This document shows, piece by piece, positions 9,541 through 18,693 of a stretch of 49,419 nt of DNA. The notes below the pieces were generated by a model, which saw only the letters and a program-made list of their open reading frames with translations, did no database searches and was not told where the DNA came from. The stretch is from Halanaerobiaceae bacterium (GTDB taxonomy: Bacteria; Bacillota; Halanaerobiia; Halanaerobiales; DTU029). The position numbers and the translations under genes are program-made. The stretch is taken from NCBI GenBank assembly GCA_012521855.1, contig JAAYLO010000162.1, positions 1 to 49,419 of the forward strand, written 5' to 3'. Numbering within the stretch: the first letter of the stretch is position 1; each line of letters starts with the position of its first letter.

Positions 9541-10179
9541 TCAAAGAAGATTAAGTATTCCAAGAAATAATATAATTAAACCAGGTACAACTTTAAAATG
9601 TTGAGGCAAAACATTACCAAGCCTTTTGCCAAAGAAACTGCCGGTAAAAACAAGTAGGATGCTTAAAAGTCCAATTAGAAGAGGAGCTGACGGTCCGGAA
9701 AAACCAATCATCCCTGCCCCAAAACCAGCTCCCAGAGCATCCAGGGCAAGGGCAAGACCCAGAAAAACAGCTTCAAAATGATTTATTGTCCCTGACCTGT
9801 CAAAGTCAGCTGCAGCAGGTTCCCTCAAAATATTAATTATTATGCCCAGCTGCTTAATCCTTAAAGAAAATAAAAGCTTTTTGCTGGAAGAAGAAGAATT
9901 ATCCTTATTCCTGTATGTAGAATAAATAAGCCAGCAACCGGTAGCTGCCAGGACCATCCCCCCAATGTTCCTCCCCGGGCCTATACCGGTAAAATCAGCA
10001 AAAAAAGCCCCCAGGGAACTGCTTAAGTATATTACGACCGCAGAAATACTGCCAATCAGAGCTAATGGTAAAAGGCCGATTTTTATGCCGCGTATTCCAT
10101 ATGAGATTCCAACCGCAAAACCATCTATGCTGATGGCTATTCCAAGAAGGATAAGTGGCCATATATTTTCAGCAACCAT
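9541..10179 (-). CDS. ytaF: sporulation membrane protein YtaF (MntP/DUF204 family)
   Basis: Polytopic membrane protein with duplicated halves (SIDGFAVG... and ALDALGAG...). It sits between mutM and coaE, as in Bacillus. Confidence 0.65.
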   Translation of the reverse strand: MVAENIWPLILLGIAISIDGFAVGISYGIRGIKIGLLPLALIGSISAVVIYLSSSLGAFFADFTGIGPGRNIGGMVLAATGCWLIYSTYRNKDNSSSSSKKLLFSLRIKQLGIIINILREPAAADFDRSGTINHFEAVFLGLALALDALGAGFGAGMIGFSGPSAPLLIGLLSILLVFTGSFFGKRLGNVLPQHFKVVPGLIILFLGILNLL

Positions 10180-10194
10180 TAATATCCACCCCTA

Positions 10195-10241
10195 TATAAT
10201 TTTTCTGTAGCATTTTTATTATATGAGGTGGAATAAAATAA
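10195..10241 (-). promoter_or_regulatory. imperfect hairpin pairing the ytaF RBS with an upstream segment
   Basis: Plus strand ccacccctatataat (10195..10209) pairs with attatatgaggtgg (10228..10241). On the minus RNA the 3' arm contains the AGGGGTGG Shine-Dalgarno 6 nt before the ATG. Confidence 0.4.
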
Positions 10242-10269
10242 GGTTAAAACAGAGATTGCCTGTAAACCC

Positions 10270-11091
10270 TTATTTCTGGCAATGCGGGCAGAAATGTGTT
10301 CCCCTGCCGGCTATTTTTTTTCTGATAATTTCAGCACCACAGTTTATACATTCCCTGCCTTCTCTTTGATAAACCTTTAAGTGATACTGGTAATTTCCCT
10401 TTTCATCATTCACATCGCGGTAATCATTGTATGATGTCCCGCCTGATTCAATCCCCTCTCTCAATACTTTACGGATTGAATTATATAAATCCCTGATTTC
10501 CCTTTCATTAAGTGAACTGGAATTCCGCTCAGGTGAAATCTGTGCATGAAAAAGGGCCTCATCAGTATAGATATTCCCCAATCCAGCGAGAAAACTCTGG
10601 TCAAGTAGCAGTGCCTTTATATTGGTCTTTCTGCCGGAAAGCATCTCCCGGAACAGTTCAAAGGTGAATTCATCTGCCAGAGGTTCCGGCCCTAACTTAT
10701 TGAACCCTCCTACAGTTTCATAACGGTTTTCAACCAGATACATACGGCCGAATTTCCTTATATTATGAAACCTGAGGTCCAGGCTATTATCCAGTTCAAA
10801 TATAATATGCTCATGTTTGTCATATTCCATCTCCCGCGGCTTTAACAATAATTTTCCTGTCATCCGCAGATGAATAATCAGGCTTTTATTTTCCCCGAGT
10901 CCAAGCAGAATATACTTGCCCCTTCTCTCAACTCCTCTTATAGACCTTTTTCTTAAACCTTTCCTGAATTCCTCAACCGATGGAAAGGCCACTATTTTTT
11001 TTTCTCTCACTATCACTTCTTCGATGACATGTCCGGTTACCGATTTCCTTAATCCCCGGACGATAGTTTCCACTTCAGGCAGTTCAGGCAT
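10270..11091 (-). CDS. mutM: formamidopyrimidine-DNA glycosylase
   Basis: N-terminal MPELPEVET and a C-terminal zinc finger (CINCG...CPHCQ). 273 aa. Confidence 0.95.
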   Translation of the reverse strand: MPELPEVETIVRGLRKSVTGHVIEEVIVREKKIVAFPSVEEFRKGLRKRSIRGVERRGKYILLGLGENKSLIIHLRMTGKLLLKPREMEYDKHEHIIFELDNSLDLRFHNIRKFGRMYLVENRYETVGGFNKLGPEPLADEFTFELFREMLSGRKTNIKALLLDQSFLAGLGNIYTDEALFHAQISPERNSSSLNEREIRDLYNSIRKVLREGIESGGTSYNDYRDVNDEKGNYQYHLKVYQREGRECINCGAEIIRKKIAGRGTHFCPHCQK

Positions 11092-11102
11092 ATTCTATCC
11101 CC

Positions 11103-13715
11103 CTAAATATGATAGTCTTCCTTATCCCTCCAGTTTTTCCCTATGCTCAGATCAACAAGCAGGGGTACCTTCAGTATGACTGCATTTTCCATCTCTTCTT
11201 TCAGCATTCTGGCTGTCTTTTCCAGATCATCTTTATGGACCTCAAAAACCAGTTCATCATGAACCTGCAGAAGCATTTTAGCCCGGTATTTTTCTCTTTT
11301 CAGTCTCTCATAAACATCAATCATTGCTTTTTTCATAATATCGGCAGCACTACCCTGTATTGGAGTATTTATCGCTGTCCTTCTGGCAAAATTCCTCCTG
11401 TGGATATTCCTGCTCTTTATTTCCGGTATATACCTTCTGCGGTTAAATATAGTTGTTACAAAACCATCTGTCTCTGCCTTTTTAATTATCTCATCCATAT
11501 ATTCTTTAACACCCGGGAAACGGTCAAAATATTTAGCAATATAATCCTCTGCCTCTTTCCTGGAAATATTCAGATCCCTGGCCAGTCCGAAAGAACTCAT
11601 CCCATAGGCTATACCAAAATTAATAACCTTGGCATGTCTCCTCATATCCAGTGTAACCTCTTCTGCGCTGACACCAAAAATTTCAGCAGCAGTCTCTGTA
11701 TGGATATCCCGGCCATTTCTAAATGCCTTTATAAGGTTTTCATCTCCACTGATATGAGCCAGTACCCTTAACTCAACCTGGGAGTAATCAGCACATAACA
11801 GGAGATAATCCTCCCCTTCAGGTATAAAAGCCTTTCTTATCTCTCTTCCCTCTTCAGTCCTTACAGGGATATTCTGGAGATTAGGGTCAGTACTGCTCAA
11901 CCTCCCTGTGGCTGTAACCATTTGATTAAAACTGGTATGTAATCTTCCTGTCTTTTCATTAACCAGAGGAGGTAAAGCATCTACATAAGTAGATTTTAGT
12001 TTTGCAAGCTGCCTGTACTCCATGATCAAAGAGATTATGACATGCTTATCCTGCAATTCTTCCAGAACCTCGATACTGGTAGAATAACCGGTCTTTGTTT
12101 TTTTAATAACCGGCAGCCCCAGTTTTTCAAAAAGAATAAAGCCTAATTGTTTTGGAGAATTTATATTGAACTCCTCTCCGGTACATTTATATATCTCCCG
12201 GGTAATGGAATCCAGTTCCCCTTCCCATTTCTCTGAAAGGCTTTCAAGATAAGACTGGTCAATCTTTATACCGTTCAGTTCCAGTTCAGCCAGTACCTCT
12301 ACAAGGGGTATCTCAATTTCATTATATAAATCTAAAAGTCCTGCCTCAGACAGCTTTTTATCAAGTTTTTCCTTCAATTCATACATCCTGGATAAGATAA
12401 TCCCGTTTTTATTTTTGTCTGATACTCCGTCAGGTATGATAAGCCCCAGTTCTTTCCTTAATTGTTCTTCCAGAGAGGGCAGGGTATCAGATGGATTCAG
12501 TAAATATGTACATAATAAAGGTTCAAAGACAAAGCCCTTAAGTGAAATGCCTCTGGACTTTAATACTATGAAGCTTTCCTTACCGTGTAAAATATATTTC
12601 TCAAGACTGCTGTCTGCAAAAAGCTCAGAAAACAGCTCCAGTATATTATCATTAAATGGCAGGCTGTAAATTTCCTTATTATCTAAAGCGAGAAAAAAGC
12701 CCAGTACTTCAGCCCTTACCGGATATTCATAATTGTCCAGGATCAAATCAAAGGCCATCTTCCCATTGCCTTTTATCCTCTCAAAAAGACTCCTGATTTC
12801 CTTTTCTGTGTGAAGTTCTTTAAGGGATAGATCTGTAAGATCAATCTGCTCTTTCCTCTTATATTGTTCCATAATACTGGCAAATTCCAGTCTCTCCAGA
12901 AGCGGAATAAGAATATCATTATCCGGTTCACCTGTCCTGCATTCCGAAAAATCAATATCCAGCGGAACATCGACAATTATGGTCCCGAGGACTTTGCTTA
13001 AGCGGGCCTGTTCTGCAAACTCAGTTAGCTGCTCTTTCCGTTTTTTGCCTGATACTTTATCAATATTTGCTAAAAGATTTTCCAGTGATGAAAACTCTTT
13101 CAAAAGAGAAATAGCTGTCTTTTCACCAATACCGGGAACTCCGGGGATATTATCAGAGCTGTCTCCCATCAATCCTTTCATATCTTTGAGCTGTTCAGGC
13201 TCCAGTTCATATTTCTCAACTACCTTTTTATAATCATATTTTTCAATATCACTTATTCCCCTTTTTGTATAAAGTACATTAATCCTGTCATCTACCAGCT
13301 GCAGGGAATCCCTGTCGCCTGTAACTATTCTGACCTCCATGCCCTCTGCTTCAGCCTTCTTCGCGAGTGCCCCTATGATATCATCAGCTTCATAACCTGC
13401 TTTACTGATAGTTGCTATATTCAAACCCTTTAAAAACTCCTCGATGAGAGGAAACTGGGGGCCAAGCTCTTCAGGCATCTCCTTTCTATTTCCTTTATAA
13501 TCTGGATACTCTTTGTGACGGAAAGTAGGTTCCTTTCTATCAAAGACAACAATCATATAATCAGGTTTTTCATCTTCAATAAGCCTCAATAACATTCTGG
13601 CAAAACCATATACTGCATTTGTGTATTCACCATCTTTGTTCTGTAATAGCGGCAAGGCATAAAAGGCCCTGTGTGCTAAACTATGTCCGTCCAGTAAAAA
13701 CAATTTTTCTGCCAA
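11103..13715 (-). CDS. polA: DNA polymerase I
   Basis: 870 aa with a 5'-nuclease N-terminus and polymerase motifs DYSQVELRVLAH, RRHAKVINFGIAYG and QVHDELVFE. TTG start with an AAGGAGTGA RBS. The Exo I position reads FDLILD rather than DxE, so 3'-5' proofreading is probably absent, as in Bst-type Pol I. Confidence 0.95.
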   Translation of the reverse strand: MAEKLFLLDGHSLAHRAFYALPLLQNKDGEYTNAVYGFARMLLRLIEDEKPDYMIVVFDRKEPTFRHKEYPDYKGNRKEMPEELGPQFPLIEEFLKGLNIATISKAGYEADDIIGALAKKAEAEGMEVRIVTGDRDSLQLVDDRINVLYTKRGISDIEKYDYKKVVEKYELEPEQLKDMKGLMGDSSDNIPGVPGIGEKTAISLLKEFSSLENLLANIDKVSGKKRKEQLTEFAEQARLSKVLGTIIVDVPLDIDFSECRTGEPDNDILIPLLERLEFASIMEQYKRKEQIDLTDLSLKELHTEKEIRSLFERIKGNGKMAFDLILDNYEYPVRAEVLGFFLALDNKEIYSLPFNDNILELFSELFADSSLEKYILHGKESFIVLKSRGISLKGFVFEPLLCTYLLNPSDTLPSLEEQLRKELGLIIPDGVSDKNKNGIILSRMYELKEKLDKKLSEAGLLDLYNEIEIPLVEVLAELELNGIKIDQSYLESLSEKWEGELDSITREIYKCTGEEFNINSPKQLGFILFEKLGLPVIKKTKTGYSTSIEVLEELQDKHVIISLIMEYRQLAKLKSTYVDALPPLVNEKTGRLHTSFNQMVTATGRLSSTDPNLQNIPVRTEEGREIRKAFIPEGEDYLLLCADYSQVELRVLAHISGDENLIKAFRNGRDIHTETAAEIFGVSAEEVTLDMRRHAKVINFGIAYGMSSFGLARDLNISRKEAEDYIAKYFDRFPGVKEYMDEIIKKAETDGFVTTIFNRRRYIPEIKSRNIHRRNFARRTAINTPIQGSAADIMKKAMIDVYERLKREKYRAKMLLQVHDELVFEVHKDDLEKTARMLKEEMENAVILKVPLLVDLSIGKNWRDKEDYHI

Positions 13716-13779
13716 TCTTGATCACTCCTTCAAGATATATATTCCCCAAAAAAAAATAAAAACCTGCAAGGGGAATTAG

Positions 13780-13806
13780 AAAACCGACTGATGGACAGTC
13801 GGTTTT
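13780..13806 (-). terminator. stem-loop terminator closing the glg-pullulanase operon (symmetric A/T flanks)
   Basis: aaaaccgactg-atgga-cagtcggtttt, an 11-bp perfect stem with a T-run that forms part of the stem. Confidence 0.6.
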
Positions 13807-14041
13807 GATTCAGTATTCATCCATATGATACCCTTCAGCATTTTCCAGCCGGCTGTTCGGCCTGTCTACCAGGTCTACTATATTTTCCATATTCTCCCGA
13901 TGCTTTTTTCCTCCTCAGCTAATTGCTGAAAAACCCTGCTTCTTTTCTCCAATTCTACTGCTTCTTTATATATGCGCCCCTTTTTTCTGCAGCAATAACT
14001 ACTATAATTATGATATCCTATTCCAGAACTAATGTCAAAAA

Positions 14042-15952
14042 TTAGCGGTATAAAATCATCATACTTATAGGCGGTACCAGGACACTCTCTGTCACTGGAC
14101 CAGGAATCCCGGCACCGATCATTAGATCCCTTGCTGCTATATACCATTCCCCTTCAGGCAGCAAGAATTCTATTTCTTTTGTGTGCGGGTTATAGAATAC
14201 TATAATGTCTTTCCAGGGATCCTGGTTGGCATGGTCTTTCAGGATAAATCCTACAGTATCAACATGTGTTTTGAAAAAGAAAAGATGTTTCTTTATCTGC
14301 CGGCTGTCAGTCATCCTGAAAGCAGGATGCTCTTTTCTCAGCCTAATCAATCCCTTATAATAGTCAAAAACATATTTGTATTTACTTTTTCTCTCCCACT
14401 TTAACTGATTTATTTCTATCCCGGCATTATAGCTGTTGTGATGGCCGTATTTGGTTCTCAGCATCTCTTCCCCGCCATGTAAAAAGGGAATACCCTGAGA
14501 GGTAAAAACAATTCCCTGTGCCAGGAGGTCCATTCTGATACAATCTTCTTCACTCATTCCGGGATTGGATTTTCTAAGCTTATCCCAGAGTGTCAGATTA
14601 TCATGTGATGAGACATAATTTACCGTCTCAGATGGTTCCAGAGCGAAATCCTTTATCCTGTCATCATATTCTATACTTCCGGCTACACCTTTTTTTATAA
14701 ACTCACCCTGAAAAGGGGCCAGTGAAACAAAACCCCTGCCCATGCCGTCATTGTCACCTTTAATTGCATTCCTGAAATGATCATTAAATACGGCAATCCT
14801 CGTCCCCTTCTGCCTGCCTTTCACCATCTTTTTTGACGGATCCAGGGTTGTCTGCCCCCCTGTCCAGGGCTCACCATACAAAAGAAGTGATGGGTTGATT
14901 TTGAGCAATTCTTTTTCAATAATTTTCATGGTTTCCTGATCATACAAAGCCATCAGGTCAAAACGGAAACCATCAATATGATACTCTTTTGTCCAGTAAA
15001 TCAAGGAATCTACTATAAACTTTCTTACCATTGCTTTCTCAGTATCCAGTTCATTACCGGTTCCGGAGCCGTTAGAATAATAACCTGAACTGTCAAAACG
15101 GTAGTAATATCCTGGAAAGAGGATATTAAATGGTGAATCTATAGCAGCAAAACTATGATTATAAACAACATCCATGATTACACCAATCTTATTTTCATGG
15201 AGTACCTTGATCATTTTTTTAAATTCTCTTATTCTGCTGTCATCAGACGGATTACTGGCATAAGAACCTTCCGGCACATTATAAAAATACGGATCATAAC
15301 CCCAATTATAATCATCATGAGAATATTCATTTACAGTAGCAAAATCAAAAACAGGCAGGAGATGTACATGGGTAATCCCAAGTTCTATCAGATGATCCAG
15401 TCCTGTCTTCATCCCCTCTTTATTGCGGGTATCCCTTTCTGTAAAAGAAAGAAATTTACCCTTATTTGATATTCATGAAAATGGTGATGAAGAAAAGTCC
15501 TTAACATGAACTTCATAAATCACTGCATCCTGGGGATTTTTAAGGACAACTCCTTTATCATTATCCCAGTTTTCAGGATCAGTTGCCTTAAGGTCAACTA
15601 TCAGCCCCAGCCTACTATTTGCACTTAAGCCCCTTGTGTATGGATCAACAACATCTTTGATCTTGCCCTCTATATTTACTTTATACAAAAAATACTTGCC
15701 AGCCAGATCTCCTTCAACTTCAACAAACCAGGTGCCCTGGATGCTTTTGGCAAATTCCTTTCTAAGAACAGGCTCAGTACTAAACTCATTTTCAAAAATC
15801 AGAAGCTCTATTCCCTGTGCTGCCGGTGACCATACTCTAAACCTGGTAAATTTCTTTTTATATTCTATGCCCAGGTCATCACCCTCATAAAACATATCTT
15901 CTGGCGGAATTCTCTTTATTAGTCTATCATACAATTCTCTATCAGGGTTCAT
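14042..15952 (-). pseudogene. type I pullulanase/debranching enzyme (GH13, CBM48 N-domain) interrupted by one in-frame TGA
   Basis: ORFs 15473..15952 and 14042..15412 are in the same frame. The read-through translation is ...YEVHVKDFSSSPFS*ISNKGKFLSFTERDTRNKEGMKTGLDHLIELGITHVHLLPV.... GH13 regions DVVYNH, GFRFDLMAL, YGEPWTGG and YVSSHDN are all intact. The TGA is at 15473..15475. Confidence 0.85.
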
Positions 15953-16017
15953 ATAATCACTTCCTTGTCAAATAACAGGTAAAGCTATAACATTATATGA
16001 ATATTTCCTCAAAATCG

Positions 16018-17454
16018 TCAATTTACTAACCCTGAATAAAGAGCAATATATTCCCCTGCTGACTTATCCCAGCTGAAATCTGACTCCATTCCCCTGATTA
16101 CCAGGGTCCGCCATATATCCTTATTTCGATAGATATCTACAGCCCGTCTGATAGTATATAACATATCATGGGCATTATAATTCCTGAAAGAAAAACCGTT
16201 TCCTTCTCCGGTATATTCATTATAGGGCTGTATGGTATCCCTTAAACCGCCCGTTTCCCTTACAATGGGAATAGAGCCATATCTAAGGCTGATCAGTTGT
16301 GTCAATCCACAGGGTTCAAAGCGGGAAGGTACCAGAAACAGGTCACTTCCGGCATAAATCTTCTTCGCCAGTGAATGATCATACCTTATATTTGCTGATA
16401 TCCTGTCAGGGTACCTCAGCCCATATTCCCGGAAAAAGTTCTCATACTTTGCTTCTCCAGTACCCAGAACTACAAACTGTATGTTTAATGTCATAATCTC
16501 ATCCATTACAGCCATAATTAAATCAAGCCCCTTTTGTTCATAGAACCTGCTGATTAAGCCGACAAGCGGCTGTTCAGCATCCAGCTTAAGATTTAACTCT
16601 TCCTGAAGTCTTTTTTTGTTAATAAGCTTTCCTTCCGTATTACTGGAATCATAATTATGGTAAATATCACAGTCGTTTCCGGGATTATATTCTTCATAAT
16701 CCAGGCCGTTCAAAATACCGTAAACATTCTCTCCTCTCATTCGAATGGCATAATCCAGCCCCTCTCCAAAATAGGGTGTCCTGATCTCTTCTACATAACT
16801 CTTACTGACAGAGGTCACCATATCTGAGAAAATAATACCCATCTTCATGTAATTTACCAGACCGTTATGTATAATATCACCTCTATTATAGTGTTCATAA
16901 AAATTAAGGCCCAGTACATCTTCAATTATCTCTGTCCCGAACTGTCCCTGGTATTTTAGATTGTGAATAGTAAAAACCGTCCTGATATCCCTATAAAAAT
17001 CATTATTATAAAGCTCCTTCAAATAAAGGCACAGAGGGCCTGTATGCCAGTCATTACAGTGAATTATGTGAGGCTTAAAATCTATATATGGCAGCATATC
17101 CAGTACGGCCTTACAGAAAAGGGCATACTGTACATGCCTGGCATCAGACTCATATATATTATCCTGATAAAAGAATGACTTGTTGTCAATGAAGTAATAA
17201 TCCAGGCCTCTGTGATTTATTGTATTTACACCGATATATTCATTCCTCCAGGAGAGAATAGTCCTGAAGTGGCAGATATGCTTCAGTTCTCTCCGGTATT
17301 CTTCTGGTATAAGCTTATATTCAGGCATGACAACCCTGACATCATGTCCCATTTTTTTCAGTGCAAGCGGAAGAGAACCGGCAACATCTGCCAGTCCCCC
17401 CGTCTTGAAAAAAGGCGAAACCTCAGCTGAAACAAATAATATCTTCAGTCCCAT
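16018..17454 (-). CDS. glgA: glycogen synthase (ADP-glucose type)
   Basis: The sequence KILFVSAEVSPFFKTGGLADV is the GlgA N-terminal signature. I prefer the ATG at 17454 (GGGAGTG RBS) over the 17484 start. Confidence 0.93.
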   Translation of the reverse strand: MGLKILFVSAEVSPFFKTGGLADVAGSLPLALKKMGHDVRVVMPEYKLIPEEYRRELKHICHFRTILSWRNEYIGVNTINHRGLDYYFIDNKSFFYQDNIYESDARHVQYALFCKAVLDMLPYIDFKPHIIHCNDWHTGPLCLYLKELYNNDFYRDIRTVFTIHNLKYQGQFGTEIIEDVLGLNFYEHYNRGDIIHNGLVNYMKMGIIFSDMVTSVSKSYVEEIRTPYFGEGLDYAIRMRGENVYGILNGLDYEEYNPGNDCDIYHNYDSSNTEGKLINKKRLQEELNLKLDAEQPLVGLISRFYEQKGLDLIMAVMDEIMTLNIQFVVLGTGEAKYENFFREYGLRYPDRISANIRYDHSLAKKIYAGSDLFLVPSRFEPCGLTQLISLRYGSIPIVRETGGLRDTIQPYNEYTGEGNGFSFRNYNAHDMLYTIRRAVDIYRNKDIWRTLVIRGMESDFSWDKSAGEYIALYSGLVN

Positions 17455-17467
17455 CTTAACCCACTCC

Positions 17468-18679
17468 CTATGCATAATGGACATTTTCTACTGGATAATA
17501 ATTTTCAGCACTATCCAGTATTTTCCCATTATTAATTATCATACCTTCACTGATATGACAGTTGTTACCGATCACTGCAATACTCAGCTCCTTCTTTTCA
17601 CCCTGGCTGTATCCGATCCTGACATTATCCTGAATAATGGTATTGCTGCCGATTATCCCTTTCTCTATCCTGCTGTTCTTTCCGATTCTCGCTTCAGGTA
17701 ATATGATGGAATTTTTTACGACTGTCCCTGAGCCGATATAACTATTTTCAAAGACTATGGAATTGATAACGGTTCCATAAATACAGGCTCCGCAGGCTAT
17801 CAGGCTGTTCTTTATCACTGCCTTTTGAGATACATACTGTGGCAGATTACTTAAACATGCTGAATAAATAGGCCAGTTCCTGTCATATAAGAGCCTGATT
17901 CCATCTCTTTTCAATAAATCCATATGTGCTTCCCAATAGCTCTCAATGACTCCTATATCCTTCCAGTAACCATTAAATCTATAGGCATATAGTGCTTCAT
18001 TATTCTTGAGCATTGCAGGTATTACATTTTTCCCGAAATCTATCAGCTCATCCTGATCTGAGAGATATCTCTTTAGAACTCCCCATTTATAGATATATAT
18101 GCCCATGGAAGCAAGACAGCTTTTCGGTTTTTCAGGTTTCTCCTGAAATTCAATTATTCTGTAGTCTTTGTCTGTATCCAGTATACCGAACCGGGATGCT
18201 TCTTTTAGCGGAACAGGCACTACCCCTATTGTTACATCAGCATTTTTTTCTTTATGAAATTTCAACATGGATAGATAATTCATTTTATAGATGTGATCAC
18301 CTGACAGAACAATCAAATATTCAGGATTATATTGTTCAATATATTCAATATTGTGAAAAACCGCATTTGCTGTCCCTTTGTACCAGGACATCCCGTTATT
18401 CCCTGAATAAGGGGGTAAAATTGTTAATCCTCCTTTGACAATATCATGAAACCTGAGCATTAGTTTATTTAAATAAGAGTTGAGTTCAAACGGCTTATAT
18501 TGGACAAGGACACCAATCGTGTCAATTCCGGAATTGGTACAATTACTTAGCGTAAAATCTATAATCCGGTACTGTGCTCCAAAGGGCAAGGCAGGCTTGG
18601 CAGTATTTTTAGTCAAGGGTTCCAGTCTGCTGCCCTTTCCGCCAGCAAGCAGAACAGCTATTATTTCCTTTTTATTCAT
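17468..18679 (-). CDS. glgC: glucose-1-phosphate adenylyltransferase
   Basis: [25 protein letters not shown]...[16 protein letters not shown], with a C-terminal left-handed beta-helix repeat region. Confidence 0.92.
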   Translation of the reverse strand: MNKKEIIAVLLAGGKGSRLEPLTKNTAKPALPFGAQYRIIDFTLSNCTNSGIDTIGVLVQYKPFELNSYLNKLMLRFHDIVKGGLTILPPYSGNNGMSWYKGTANAVFHNIEYIEQYNPEYLIVLSGDHIYKMNYLSMLKFHKEKNADVTIGVVPVPLKEASRFGILDTDKDYRIIEFQEKPEKPKSCLASMGIYIYKWGVLKRYLSDQDELIDFGKNVIPAMLKNNEALYAYRFNGYWKDIGVIESYWEAHMDLLKRDGIRLLYDRNWPIYSACLSNLPQYVSQKAVIKNSLIACGACIYGTVINSIVFENSYIGSGTVVKNSIILPEARIGKNSRIEKGIIGSNTIIQDNVRIGYSQGEKKELSIAVIGNNCHISEGMIINNGKILDSAENYYPVENVHYA

Positions 18680-18693
18680 AAAGGATTCCCCCC

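Noticed and set aside
10180-10269. A yybP-ykoY Mn2+ riboswitch upstream of the MntP-family gene ytaF.
   Set aside because: The spacer is only 90 nt, and I could not find the conserved four-way-junction sequence elements. Only a simple RBS hairpin is present.
11109-11771. A 220-aa plus-strand ORF, together with many other plus-strand ORFs in the track (for example 2877..3257, 8006..8350, 18013..18438, 25632..26117 and 26271..26681).
   Set aside because: All lie antisense to strongly supported minus-strand genes, have low-complexity or odd composition, and lack an RBS. They are shadow ORFs.
13878-14147. An 89-aa minus-strand ORF overlapping the pullulanase 3' end.
   Set aside because: It is out of frame with a conserved GH13 C-terminus, is Cys/Ser/Arg-rich, and has no RBS.
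15400-15475. Selenocysteine insertion at the pullulanase TGA. A 6 to 10 bp stem (cuuucu...agaaag) starts about 18 nt downstream.
   Set aside because: The position aligns with a linker Gly-like residue rather than a redox Cys. The stem is AT-rich and not recognisably SECIS-like. The amylase TGA has no comparable structure, and no sel genes are visible in the window.
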